Source: an uncultured Rhodanobacteraceae bacterium
GTDB taxonomy: Bacteria; Pseudomonadota; Gammaproteobacteria; Xanthomonadales; Rhodanobacteraceae
DNA length: 55,597 bases
Assembly: GCA_964471815.1 (NCBI GenBank)
Contig: CAYYHP010000001.1
Location: 1 to 55,597 of the forward strand
Direction: 5' to 3'
Both the position numbers and the translations under genes were made by a program. The notes under the pieces were generated by a model, which ran no database searches, was not told the origin of the DNA, and saw nothing but the letters and a program-made list of their open reading frames with translations. Positions 30,974 to 41,760 of this stretch are shown here, one piece after another (position 1 is the first letter of the stretch; each line of letters starts with the position of its first letter).

Positions 30974-33833
30974 TCAGTCGAAGTCATCGATGAAGAACAC
31001 GTCGGGAACGATGTTGTCCACGTCGGTGGAACTGTTGTTGTCCGGTACCGGGTCGCTGACCTGAGCGGGCGGCAGGACCGCCGCGGTATCCGACAGCGTG
31101 CCGGTGGCCAGCGGCGAGATGCTGCATTGTGCGGTGTAGACGGCGCCGCCGCCGGGCGGCAGATGTACGCTGTCATTGATGTTCCCGGAGCCGCTGGCGC
31201 TGCAGGTACCGCCACCGAGTCCCACGCAGGTCCAGGTGCAGCCGAGGATCGCTGGGAACGTGTCGGTGACCTTCCCGCCGACTACATCATTGCCGCCGAG
31301 GTTGCTCGCGAGCGTGGTGTAGGTGACGGTACCGCCGGCGTAGACCGTGCTTACGCCATCGCTCTTGCTGATCGCGAGATCGGCGAGCAGCGACGGGTAG
31401 CCGGTCTGGGCGAGGAAGATGAGATCGCGGTTGCCGTCGAGATAGATGTCGAACTTACCCGGGTTGATGTTGAGGCCCGCGCCGCTCGCGGCCAGCAGGT
31501 AAGAGCGATAGTTGAGCGCATTGGTGAAGCCGAAGCGACCATCAGCGCCGGAGAACATCGAACCGGAGGTGTCGCCGCTCAGCGCTACCCTCACGTTCGG
31601 TAGCGGGTCGCCCGTGGTGGCATCGATGACCCTGCCGCCGATCGCGAAATGGCCGAATTTGGCGATGAACGCATCCTGACCGCCTCCATGCGTGGTCTGG
31701 AAGGCGCTGCCGGTCACCGGCAGGTTGGTCGCTGTCGCATTGGTAAGGCCGGTCAGGTAGAAGTTGCCATCGCCATCCAGTGCGAGCGCATTGGCATCAT
31801 CGTCCCCCGACCCACCGAGCAGTGTGGAATAGAGCAGCAGCGACCCGTTCGCGCTCAGCTTGGACAGGAAAACGTCGTGCCCACCGTTTTGAGTCGTGTC
31901 ATAGGCACCCGGGGTGGTGGGGTAATTGGTCGTCCCGCTGACGGTGTAGCCGGTGATATAGAAATTGCCGAAGGCATCCTGAGCGATATCGCTGCCGATG
32001 TCGGAGATCGTGCTACCAATGTAGATGGAGAAGATGAGAGCGGAGCCGATGGCATTCAATTGTGCGACTACAACGTCGATGGCACCGTTGTGCGTCGTGT
32101 CGTAGGCGCCGGTCGTGAACGGGAATCCTCCGCCATTCAGGACCGTGCCCACCACGGTGGCGTTCCCGCTGGCATCGACCGTGATCGCGTTCGCGGCGTC
32201 GCTGTCGGTGCCGCCGAGGTAGGTGGAGTAGATCAGCGAGCTGGCGCCCGAAAGCGCCGTGTTCACCTTGGCCACGAACATATCGTTCGTGCCGCCTTGA
32301 TAAGTCCTTAGAAGTACGCCGGCGGTGGTCGGGAAGTTCGTCGAGGCGGTAAAGCCCGTCACGTAGGCGTTGCCGGCCAGATCGAGCGCGACGTCTTCGC
32401 CGTAGTCGTTCGCGTTCCCGCCGAGAAAGCTCGAATACATGAGCGTGGCGCCCGTTGAATCAAGATGCGCCAGGAATGCGTCGGCCATTCCGCCGTACGT
32501 TGTCTGAAACGCACTCGCGGTGGTCGGAAACGTGGCGGAGTTCGTCTGTCCGACGACGAAAACGTCGTTGTTCGCGTCGAGGGCGAGATCGTAAGCCTCG
32601 TCGAAGCCGGTGCCGCCGATCAGGGTCGAATAGCTCAGCGCCGACCCGTCCGGATTGAGCTTCAGCACGAACGCGTCGGCGCTGCCGTTGGCGGTCGTAT
32701 CGTAGCTGCCGGACGTGACCGGGAAGGCGGACGAGCCGGTGTAACCGGTCACGTAGGCATGGCCCGAGGAATCGACCTTTATGGCCCTGCCTTCCTCATT
32801 ACCACTGCCGCCGATGAAGGTGGAGTAGATGAGTGCCGAGCCGCCGGGGTTGAGCTTGGCGACGAAGACATCCGAGTTCGAGTTCTGCGTGGTATCGAAC
32901 ACGCCAGACGTGGTCGGGAACTGCACGGACTGCGTATAGCCCGTCACATAGACGTTGCCCTGCGTATCCGTGGCGATACCTTCACCGACATCGTTCAAGG
33001 TACCGCCGAGGAAGGTCGAATAGGCCAAGTTGTTCAGTGCGACGGTCGGATCGATCGTCAGCGGCTTGCTGCGGTCGTAAGCGCCGACTTCGAAGCGCAC
33101 GCCGTTGCCGTCGATCACGAAGCCGCTCGCGACGTTCGACCGTGTGGTTCCGAGGTCCTGAAACGTCACGGGCCGGCTCTGCAGGATCACACCGGCGGCG
33201 GTATGGACCAGCAGGTTGCCGTCGGCGTCGGTCGTGAGTCGATCCGCGCCCTCGAATTCGAGGCGGATGCGTCCGGCATCGGCGCCCGGGGCGACGACGA
33301 AGTCGTATCGGGTGGCACCCTACTCGCGCCCCTGCCAGACCACCGACACGCCGGGATAGACATCATCGACCCGGACCCGGGAATAGCTCGGAATGCCGGT
33401 CAGCCAGCGAGAGGAGTCGTTGCCCTTCAGATAATTCGTCAGGTGCCCGCGGCGGGCCTCGCCGTGGGGTCATCGCTTCGGCATTCGCGCCGGCGAGGCG
33501 CATGCGCAGGGCGAACGCCCGCTTGCCGTCACTGCCGGGCATCGGCATCGCGTACACGGCCTCGGTCGCCGTGAGGAAGACGGTCGTATCGGCCGCGTGG
33601 GCGATGTAGCGCACGCGCGCATCCACCTGGCCGCGGTTTTCCTCGAAAGCGACCGCGGCGGATGGCGCCGGCGCGATTGCCGAATCGCGCGTCGCAACCG
33701 GCAGCGTCACGGCCGTCATGGGCGTGGCGGGCCGGCTGGCTGCCGACCCGAGGGGTCCCGCGGCGACGGCGAGAACGGCCAGGATGAAGCTGGCCAGCGG
33801 TATTGCGAACCGCGAACGGTTTGACCCAGACAT
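30974..33833 (-). pseudogene. Secreted SBBP seven-bladed beta-propeller protein with C-terminal beta-sandwich/DUF11-like domains, disrupted
   Basis: Signal and FEENRGQ N-domain from ATG 33833; +1 frameshift at the G4 run 33466-33469; in-frame TAG at 33320-33322; then seven YSTxxGG..D...D..GN.YVTG repeats, ADLAISK domain, end DVFFIDDFD. Confidence 0.85.
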
Positions 33834-34491
33834 TGATTGCCCCCTGTTGAATCTCTCTTCCACGCTTGCAGCGCGCATCGTCACGTGCGGTAGCACGGCG
33901 ATGTCACATCGATAGGCCCGCGTCGCAGTCCCGCTTGCCGGGCATACGACCATGGCGCGGGCCTGCGGCGGGCCGGCCGGAAACCGATACGACGCGGCAG
34001 ATTCGCCCGCATCCCGTATCCCACCGGCGATGGCGCGAGGTAGCGAATTCGCGGGCAGCAGGAGCGCGAACACGTTACCGGGCGAATTCCGACGACTGGC
34101 GCAAGTTACCTCGCCAATAATAAATCTGACCGAGCACGCGCAGCGCGGCGATCCGCCGCCGGACTCGGTTGTCGCGCCGGATCCGCCACTCACGGATGAG
34201 GCAGGTAGTGCCAGGCTTCCGGCGGTACCGACATGCCACCGATTCCTGCGGGGCTGTTCCATCCTGTCGGGCACCCGGCTATCACACGCCGGTGCTTCAT
34301 CTAACGCGGGAGCCATCCCGCCGAGGCGACCGCCTCAAGCGGTCTCACGGTCGCATGCGAACGCCAATCGGGCCATCGACCTCCGGAGCCATGGATAAAG
34401 GACGACCGGCACTGGTCAGCGCCATACCGCAGCGTTATGGTCGATCGCAGGGATGTTCACGGCCACGAGGGCCACGACATCGGGGGGTTCC

Positions 34492-34977
34492 ATGCACATC
34501 ATGCGTCCGGCGCGGATCGCCGTCCTGTTTTCGATCTCCTTCGCAGGCGCGACCTCGGCCGCGGTCGGCGAAGGCCACCTGTTCGCCGGCATCGTCCACC
34601 AGACGCCGTATTTCGGCTCGCTGGTGAGCTATGCCACGCCGAATGGGCAGACCGATGCGATGACGGCCTACAACCGTGCGGCGATGATCATGCCGATCGC
34701 CTGCACGGCCGGCAGTCTGAAAGTCCAGCTGTCCTCGGTCGATGCGGCTTATGCTTCGGCTACGGCGACGTTGATGCTCAACGGCGCGGATACGGCCCTG
34801 ACCTGCAGCCTCGCGGGCATGTCGAGCAGCTGCAACGACAGCGTGCACACGGTGGTCCTCGCCGCGGGCGATACGGTCGCGCTGAAGGTGAGCCCGGCCC
34901 TGCCGTCGCGGCCGATCAGCAATGTCGATACCGACATCGAGGTACGGCTGCCGTTCTCCTGGCGCTGCGTGGAGTAG
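34492..34977 (+). CDS. Secreted hypothetical protein, 4-Cys beta-rich domain (paralog 1)
   Basis: Signal peptide; SYATPNGQ, NGADTALTC, CNDSVHTV, RPISNVD shared with the next gene. Confidence 0.8.
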   Translation: MHIMRPARIAVLFSISFAGATSAAVGEGHLFAGIVHQTPYFGSLVSYATPNGQTDAMTAYNRAAMIMPIACTAGSLKVQLSSVDAAYASATATLMLNGADTALTCSLAGMSSSCNDSVHTVVLAAGDTVALKVSPALPSRPISNVDTDIEVRLPFSWRCVE

Positions 34978-34980
34978 GCC

Positions 34981-35502
34981 ATGGCCGCGCCCCGTCCCCT
35001 TCTTCCCGCGATCGGCCTGCTGCTCGCGACCGCCACGGCATCCGCGCAGTTCGTCACCGACCGCGCGTTCTACAACGGTTTCGAGAACCGCTCGACCCAG
35101 GTATTCAGCGGCATCGTCCAGGAATCGCCCTACTTCGGCGCACCGGCGAGCTATGCCACGCCGAACGGCCAGGGCGATGCGATGACCAGCAGCGTCCGCG
35201 CCAACCTGATCGTCGATCGCGTCTGCGACGTGAAGCTGCTGTTCGGCCAGCTGTATTCGGTCGATGCGACCTACACGAGCGCGACCCTCCTGCTCAACGT
35301 CAACGGTATCGACACCAGCGTCGGCTGTGCGATGACCACGGCCTTTCCGACCTGCGTCGACAGCTTCCACAAGGTCGGCATCGGCCCGAACGACCGGGTG
35401 ACGCTGAAGGTCGCACCGATCCTGCCGGCGCGGCCGATCAGCAACGTCGACAGCGACGTCAAGGTCGCCGTGCGTTTCGGCTGGACCTGCGAGGAGCTGT
35501 AA
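34981..35502 (+). CDS. Secreted hypothetical protein, 4-Cys beta-rich domain (paralog 2)
   Basis: Signal peptide ending ATASA, then DRAFYNGFE, SYATPNGQ, RPISNVD, same four Cys. Confidence 0.8.
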   Translation: MAAPRPLLPAIGLLLATATASAQFVTDRAFYNGFENRSTQVFSGIVQESPYFGAPASYATPNGQGDAMTSSVRANLIVDRVCDVKLLFGQLYSVDATYTSATLLLNVNGIDTSVGCAMTTAFPTCVDSFHKVGIGPNDRVTLKVAPILPARPISNVDSDVKVAVRFGWTCEEL

Positions 35503-35559
35503 GTCCCGAATCCGGCTGGCGGCCAGCCTCCTGTGGGAGGCCGGCCTCTCGCCATCGGC

Positions 35560-38500
35560 TCATTCCCGGGTCTCGAATCCGGACACGTACAGATAATCGC
35601 CGAGCGGATCGCTGTCGCTCGCCGTGTTGTCGGCGAGATGGGTCTCGTGCGTGCCCGGGCCCGGCAGGATCGTCGCGGAATACACCAGCGGATCGACCGC
35701 GCCGGCGCCGGCCGTCGTGGTCAGCAGCACGTCGACGCTCGCGCCGGCGGCGAGATCGAGGGCGAGATCGAGCGCCCCGTTGCCGTTCGCCGTGGCGCAC
35801 TGCGCGCCGGCGCCGGGCACACAGGTCCAGGTCGTCCCGGCGAAGCCCGCAGGCAGTGCATCGCGCAGACGGGCGCCACTGACCGCACCCGGTCCGGTGT
35901 TGTGCACGTGCAGGGTCCAGGTGCTCGGAATGCCGACCCCGACGTAGTCTTGGCCATTGCCGAGCGTGAGCTGCAAGTCCACGTTCGCCGTGGCCGGCGT
36001 GACGGTGACGACGAAGCTCGCACTGCGCGAAGCGCCATCCGGATCGGTGACGGTCAGCGTCACGGTCGCACTGCCCGACGCATTCAGCAGCGGCGTGGCG
36101 ACGAGGGTGCGCACGCCGCCGGTGCCCGACGTGGCGATGCCGCTCACCGGCAGCAGGGCGGGATTCGACGAGGCGACGGTCAGCGTCAGCGCATCCGGCG
36201 GCGACTCGATGTCGGCGAGGCCGAAGTACAGGGTGCCTGAGTTGCCGTTCTCCGCGACCGTGGTGCTGGCCGGTGCGATCAGGAACGGCGGGTCGTTGAC
36301 TGGTGCGACGTCGATCGTGAAGCTCGCCACGCTGGTCGGGCCACCGGCGGCCGGGTCGTGTGCGGTCACCGTGATTGTCACCGGGCCGTAGGCATCCTGC
36401 GCCGGCGTGGCGGTCACGGTGCGGTCCGCACCGCTACCGCCGAAGACGATGCCCGAGGGCGGCACGATCGCCGGATTCGACGAAGTCGCACTCAAGGTCA
36501 CGTCGTCGGGACCGGATTCGACGTCGCCGACGGTGACCGGCAGCGGCCCGAGCACGCCGTCCTCGTTCATCGCCTGGTCGGCGGGAATGAGCAGCGACGG
36601 CGCATCGTTCACCGGCGTCCAGGTCAGGACGAAACTCGCCGTGGCTTGATTGGCGTCCGGATCGATCGCGCGCAGGGTCACCGTCGTGCTGCCGGAGGCC
36701 TCGGTGGTCGGCGTCGCGGTCAGCGCATAGCCGCCGGGCGCTGGCGTGAGCACGATGTTCTCCGGTGGCAGCAGGGCCGGGTCGCTGCTCTCCACGCCGA
36801 CGGCGAGCTGCCCGGTCGGCGTGTCCGCATCGCTGAGGGTGATCCCGAGCGGGCCGGCGACCTCGTCCTCGGGCAGGGTCAGATCGCCGGGTGCCGCGAG
36901 CTGCGGCACACCGGTGCCACGCCGGTAGACGAAGGCATCGGCGGACGCGTTGCCGTCGAAATCCACCAGATCCGGCGACGGACTCAGAAAGACCACCGTG
37001 CTGGCGCTCGCATCGATCGCGGCACGCTCGGTATAGGCACGCGGCGCCTGATGCGGATCGAGTACGTAGGGCGTGATGAGCGCCGTCGCATCGGTGTCGA
37101 TCACGTAGAGGTAAAGCTGCTGCTGCGAGTCGATCTGCGTGGTGCCCACCGCGATGGCCGTGCCGCGGTTGCCGTAGACGAGCCGATGGCCGTCCGTGCT
37201 GAGCACGGGCGCTTCCTGTGCCGACTGGGCCGCCTGCAGCGGCTGGCCGGCCAGGTGACTGACCAGGCGAACCCCGCTGGCCTGATCCCAGAGGAACACG
37301 TCGTCGGTCACCGGATCGTCAGTCTGGCCCGCGACGAGACTGGTCGCCGAGCTGATGAACGCCACGCGCAGACCGTCGCCGCTGATCGACGGCAGTCTGG
37401 CCGCACCGTCGCCGGATGGGTTGCCGAAGCCATCCGGCGCGCGGCTCAGCAGCTCGTTGCTGTCGCTCGCCCGGGTCCACCGGTACACCTGGGTATTCGC
37501 GCCGAACGGGAAACCGATGTTGTTCTGGAAATTGCTGACGAGATTGGTGGCTTCGCTGGCGAACGCGACGTACTCGGCTCCGGCGCTGAGCACCGGCGCC
37601 TGGTTGACGATGCCCGGCATGCTGGCGGCGGTGGTCGGACTGGCGACCGTATGGCTGATGAGGTGATTGCTCGGGCCCTGCGCATCGAACAGGAACACGT
37701 CGGCAGCGCCGTTCGTGTCCGTCTGGCCGGCCACGAGATTGGCCGCCGTGTCGAGATAGGCGACGTAGCGTCCGTCGTCGCTGATTGAGGTGCCGCTCGC
37801 ATTGCCGCTGGCCGTCGTGTTCGGATCGGCCGCGCTGCGGCTGACGAGCTGCAGCGTGGCTGCGGCGATGTCGTAGCGGAACACGTCGCTGCTGCCGTTG
37901 CCGTCACTGACGCCGGCAATCAGATCGCTGGCCGTGCTGAGGAACACCACGGCGCTGCCATCGGCGGCGATGCGCGGCACGCTCGATGCGGCATCGCCGC
38001 TGCCGCCGCCGGTCCGGCGGCTGACCAGGCGCAGCGAGGCGGTCGGTGTCGCGAGGCGATCGAACAGCAGCACGTCGGGCAGCTGGTTGTTGTCGAGCTC
38101 GCCTTGAGCGAGATCGCTCGCATTGGATTCGAACGCGACGTAGCGGCCGTCGGCACTGATCGTGATGTTGCTGCTCGAGGTGAGCGCCACGCCGCGGTTG
38201 CCGGCCTGCAGCGCGCTGCCGGGTACGTGGCTGATCAGGCGCACGTTGCCGGTGGCACGTTCGAGCAGGAACAGGTCGTCCTCCTTGTTTGTGTCGATCT
38301 GTCCGGCGACGACGCTCGGTGAGCGGCTTACGAACGCGATCCACGCGCCATCGCGGCTCACCTTGACCTGGCTCGCGCCCATCAGCGTGGCATCGTCGGC
38401 GCCGGCCGCGTGGTGGCTCAGCAGGGTCGAGGCATTGCTCCCCGCATTCCAGAGCAGGATGTCGGTCGCCGCATTCGCATCCGCCGCGCCGCTCGGTAAT

Positions 38501-40044
38501 TCATCGGACTGGCTCACGTAGACGATCTGATTGCCATCGGCGGTGATCGAGGGCGTATACGACATGCGTTTGCCGGCCGCGGCCGGCAAGCCGGGGACGT
38601 GGCTGACCAACGTCGGTCCGGCCGCGAGGTTGGCGATCGCGATGCGATAGACGTCCTCGCCGAGCAGCGGATCGCCGTCCGAATTGGTATCGACCTGGCC
38701 TGCGACGAGATTGTCGGCGCGACTGGTGAAGACGATCTGCGTGCCGTCGTCGCTGAAGAAGCCATACTGCGATTCGCTCGATCCGGCCATGGCCGGCACG
38801 CCGGCCGCATGGCTGATCAGCACCAGGCTCGCATCGTTGCGATCGAAGAGGAACAGATCGTCGGAACGCGCCGAGTCGATCTGGCCAGGCACGACGTTCG
38901 CCGAGGAACTGGTGTGCAGGACGTAGCGCCCGTCCGGGCTCAGGTTCGGATTGCCCGAGTACTGCACGCTCGTCGTGCTGTTGCTCGAGGCGTTGTGGCT
39001 GACGAGGGTCAGCGCCTGCGTGGCGCGGTCGTAGACGTACACGTCGCTGTCACCGTTCGTGTCGGTAACGCCAGCGACCAGATTGGTGCCCTGGGTCGTG
39101 AACGCGATCGTGCTGCCGTCGCGCGAGATCGTCGGATTTTCCGACGGGCCGTTCGCAGCGAAACTGCTGGATGCGCTCGAATGGCTGACCAGGCGTGTCA
39201 CGCCCGTTCCGGTGGCATTGCGGTCGAACACGAACACGTCGTTGCCGCCATTGCCGTCGATGCCGCTCTGGACGAGATTGCTCGCCGTACTGGCATAGAC
39301 GATGTAGCGACCATCGGCACTGATCTGCGGTGTGCCTGAGCCGCCATCGCCCGCACTCGTGTCGGAGAAGAACGAGGGCGTATGGCTGACCAGGCGCAGG
39401 CTGTCGTTCTGCGTGTCGTACAGGAACACGTCGAAGCCGTTGTTGCTGTCATCCTGATCGACGACGAGATCGGAGGCGCTGCTCGCGAACACCAGCCAGC
39501 GGCCGTCGTCGCTGAAACCGGCGCCACCGGTGAATGAGGCGGTGACCAGTTCCGGAATGCTCAGATGGCGATCGACCAGGGTCAGCGTCGCGCTGTTGCG
39601 GTCGTAGACGTACAGACGCTGCGAGCTGTCCTCGGGCAGCGGCGTATCGAGCAGGTCGGTCGCGGTGCTGATGAAGGCGATGTGGCTGCCGTCAGCGCTG
39701 ACGACCGGGTTCATCGCGGTGCCGTTGCCGGTCGTCGCGGTCGTGCCGCTGCGGCGCGTGAGCAGGGTCAGCGAGCCGGTCGAACGATCGAGCACGAAGG
39801 CATCGGCCTGACCGTTGAGGTCGAGCTGACCCGGCACGAGGTTGGTCGCGCTGCTGACGAACACCACGATCTGGCCGTCGGCGCTGACCGCATGCCGGCG
39901 CGAGGTGTCGCTGGCGCCGTTCGCGGAATCGAAAACCGAATCCGGTGCGCTGCGCGAGACCGCCGTGATACTGCCCGCCTGGGCCGATACAGCGACGAAC
40001 AGGCCGGCGAACGCCAGGCCGAGCGATACGAGTTGCGGTTGCAT
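35560..40044 (-). CDS. Large secreted TolB/PD40-like beta-propeller protein with Ig-like repeats and DUF11-like domain
   Basis: Signal MQPQLVSLGLAFAGLFVAVSAQA; 16 S.DG..(V/I).F.S.A.NLV...D.N...DVF repeats; three Ig-like repeats (NDAP/NDPP); end DYLYVSGFETRE. Confidence 0.88.
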   Translation of the reverse strand: MQPQLVSLGLAFAGLFVAVSAQAGSITAVSRSAPDSVFDSANGASDTSRRHAVSADGQIVVFVSSATNLVPGQLDLNGQADAFVLDRSTGSLTLLTRRSGTTATTGNGTAMNPVVSADGSHIAFISTATDLLDTPLPEDSSQRLYVYDRNSATLTLVDRHLSIPELVTASFTGGAGFSDDGRWLVFASSASDLVVDQDDSNNGFDVFLYDTQNDSLRLVSHTPSFFSDTSAGDGGSGTPQISADGRYIVYASTASNLVQSGIDGNGGNDVFVFDRNATGTGVTRLVSHSSASSSFAANGPSENPTISRDGSTIAFTTQGTNLVAGVTDTNGDSDVYVYDRATQALTLVSHNASSNSTTSVQYSGNPNLSPDGRYVLHTSSSANVVPGQIDSARSDDLFLFDRNDASLVLISHAAGVPAMAGSSESQYGFFSDDGTQIVFTSRADNLVAGQVDTNSDGDPLLGEDVYRIAIANLAAGPTLVSHVPGLPAAAGKRMSYTPSITADGNQIVYVSQSDELPSGAADANAATDILLWNAGSNASTLLSHHAAGADDATLMGASQVKVSRDGAWIAFVSRSPSVVAGQIDTNKEDDLFLLERATGNVRLISHVPGSALQAGNRGVALTSSSNITISADGRYVAFESNASDLAQGELDNNQLPDVLLFDRLATPTASLRLVSRRTGGGSGDAASSVPRIAADGSAVVFLSTASDLIAGVSDGNGSSDVFRYDIAAATLQLVSRSAADPNTTASGNASGTSISDDGRYVAYLDTAANLVAGQTDTNGAADVFLFDAQGPSNHLISHTVASPTTAASMPGIVNQAPVLSAGAEYVAFASEATNLVSNFQNNIGFPFGANTQVYRWTRASDSNELLSRAPDGFGNPSGDGAARLPSISGDGLRVAFISSATSLVAGQTDDPVTDDVFLWDQASGVRLVSHLAGQPLQAAQSAQEAPVLSTDGHRLVYGNRGTAIAVGTTQIDSQQQLYLYVIDTDATALITPYVLDPHQAPRAYTERAAIDASASTVVFLSPSPDLVDFDGNASADAFVYRRGTGVPQLAAPGDLTLPEDEVAGPLGITLSDADTPTGQLAVGVESSDPALLPPENIVLTPAPGGYALTATPTTEASGSTTVTLRAIDPDANQATASFVLTWTPVNDAPSLLIPADQAMNEDGVLGPLPVTVGDVESGPDDVTLSATSSNPAIVPPSGIVFGGSGADRTVTATPAQDAYGPVTITVTAHDPAAGGPTSVASFTIDVAPVNDPPFLIAPASTTVAENGNSGTLYFGLADIESPPDALTLTVASSNPALLPVSGIATSGTGGVRTLVATPLLNASGSATVTLTVTDPDGASRSASFVVTVTPATANVDLQLTLGNGQDYVGVGIPSTWTLHVHNTGPGAVSGARLRDALPAGFAGTTWTCVPGAGAQCATANGNGALDLALDLAAGASVDVLLTTTAGAGAVDPLVYSATILPGPGTHETHLADNTASDSDPLGDYLYVSGFETRE

Positions 40045-40349
40045 GGCGTCCCCCCTAGCCGGATCGGCATGGCTGCGTACTCTGCAGACGACGCGCCCGT
40101 CGTGCAATGCATGGCCGGGAAGCGGCAGCCGTGCATCGGCCTTGCGCGGGGTACGAGAACCGCCGCCACGCGAACCGGCCTGTGCCGTTCCATCCACGTG
40201 ATCACGACGTACCGAACGGCGAGCCGATTCAGGAAAAATTCGAGCCTGTTAAGGAATAATTAAAAGCAAGCGGCTCATGGCCGTACGACGCGTGCCTCGC
40301 GGAGAGCCGGATTTAAGTCTTCCAACCGCTTGAAAGGATGGGACCGGTC

Positions 40350-40856
40350 ATGACGACACCGCTGCTTTTCGCCCTCGCCGCATGCACCGCCGCGCTGCTC
40401 GGCCTGTCGGTGCGGCGGGTGCCGGAAGGTACGGTCTACACGCTGCGCCGCTTCGACGGCCAGGCGCGTACGGTCGGCGCCGGCACCCATCTGATCTGGC
40501 CGCTGCTCGAGCGCGTGGCGCACCGTATTGCCCTGACGGGCCATGTCCTTGCCATCGAGGAACCGTTCCGGCCCGCGCTGCCCGGCCATGAGCCGGTCGC
40601 GCGGATCCTGCGCGGCGCGGTGTACTGGCAGGTGCTCGATCCGGGCCGCGCAGACGCGGTGATCGAGCAGGCCGAGGAACTGATCCGCTGCCACATCCTC
40701 GATGCCCTGCAGGCCATTCCAGCTCCGGAAGCCGAGAGCGCCGAGGCACGCAACGCGCACCTCAAGCGCGGGCTCAACGAGACACTCGGCGGGAGCGGCG
40801 TGCTCGTGACGCGCGTGCAGCTCGATCTCGCCGGACAGCCCCTCGCATCCGTGTGA
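40350..40856 (+). CDS. Short SPFH/Band-7-like membrane protein
   Basis: N-terminal TM then [15 protein letters not shown]...[22 protein letters not shown]; no coiled-coil tail. Confidence 0.7.
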   Translation: MTTPLLFALAACTAALLGLSVRRVPEGTVYTLRRFDGQARTVGAGTHLIWPLLERVAHRIALTGHVLAIEEPFRPALPGHEPVARILRGAVYWQVLDPGRADAVIEQAEELIRCHILDALQAIPAPEAESAEARNAHLKRGLNETLGGSGVLVTRVQLDLAGQPLASV

Positions 40857-40953
40857 CGCCGCCGATCCGGCGGCGCGGCTGGATTTTGCCCAGGCGGGCC
40901 GCGATACTTCGCGGCCCCGCGCCGCCTCGCCGCGCGGAGCGAGGACGTTCCCG

Positions 40954-41760
40954 ATGCCGGCGCACGACCGCCTGCAAGCCAAGCTGGAATCCGGTCTGAC
41001 GGCGCTCGGCCTGACGCTGCCGCAGGCGGCACCGGCGCGGCTGCTGGATTACCTCGCCCTGCTCGAGCGCTGGAACGCGACCTACAACCTGACCGCGGTG
41101 CGCGATCCGGACGAGATGGTCACGCGCCACCTGCTCGATTCGCTCGCGGTGCAGCCGTTCGTCCGGGGCATGACCCTGGCCGATCTCGGCACCGGGCCGG
41201 GCCTGCCGGGGATTCCGCTGGCGATCGCCGCGCCGGAGCGTGCGGTGGCCCTGGTGGACTCGAACGGCAAGAAGGCGCGGTTCCTGCGCGAGGCGGTACG
41301 TGCATTGAAACTCGCCAACGCCACGGTGATCGAGAGCCGCGTCGAGGCGGTCGAAGGGTCGTACCACTGCATCACCGCGCGGGCCTTCGCGAGCCTCGCG
41401 GACATGCTCGCCTGGGGCGGACACCTGCTCGCACCGGATGGCACCTGGCTCGCGCTCAAGGGACGCCATCCGGCCGACGAGCTGGCCGGCATGCCGCGGG
41501 GTTTCCATGTGCTGGCGATCGAGCCGCTCAGGGTGCCCGGCTTGGACGCCGAGCGGCATGTGGTGGTAATCAGCAGATCGAGGGAAGGTCTCGACGAGCC
41601 CACCCTGGACTCGTCGGCCCGCGCCGGATCCGGCACCAGTCCGGACCCGGCCATGTCGTCCCGAGCGTTTACTCGCTCGCGGCGCGGCATGCCATCCTTG
41701 GCCCGCGGAATCTCTGAGCCCGTTCAGAGATTCCGCAGCGAACCTGCGGTGCAACCATGA
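40954..41760 (+). CDS. rsmG: 16S rRNA m7G527 methyltransferase RsmG (GidB), with C-terminal extension
   Basis: [31 protein letters not shown]; upstream of parA. Confidence 0.95.
   Translation: MPAHDRLQAKLESGLTALGLTLPQAAPARLLDYLALLERWNATYNLTAVRDPDEMVTRHLLDSLAVQPFVRGMTLADLGTGPGLPGIPLAIAAPERAVALVDSNGKKARFLREAVRALKLANATVIESRVEAVEGSYHCITARAFASLADMLAWGGHLLAPDGTWLALKGRHPADELAGMPRGFHVLAIEPLRVPGLDAERHVVVISRSREGLDEPTLDSSARAGSGTSPDPAMSSRAFTRSRRGMPSLARGISEPVQRFRSEPAVQP
41582..41736. repeat. Palindrome-rich MITE/REP-like element in the rsmG 3' extension
   Basis: Perfect 13-bp IR GCGGAATCTCTGA/TCAGAGATTCCGC (41705-41736); GACGAG..CTCGTC hairpin; left end GGGAAGGTCTCGA loosely mirrors the right end. Confidence 0.5.

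Noticed and set aside
33320-33322. In-frame TAG as pyrrolysine or programmed readthrough
   Set aside because: Accompanied by a separate frameshift, and no pyl genes are present; simple decay or error is more parsimonious
33899-33911. Palindrome CGATGT-C-ACATCG upstream of the SBBP gene as a CRP/Clp site
   Set aside because: Only one TCACA half-site and wrong spacing; single occurrence, cannot be assigned
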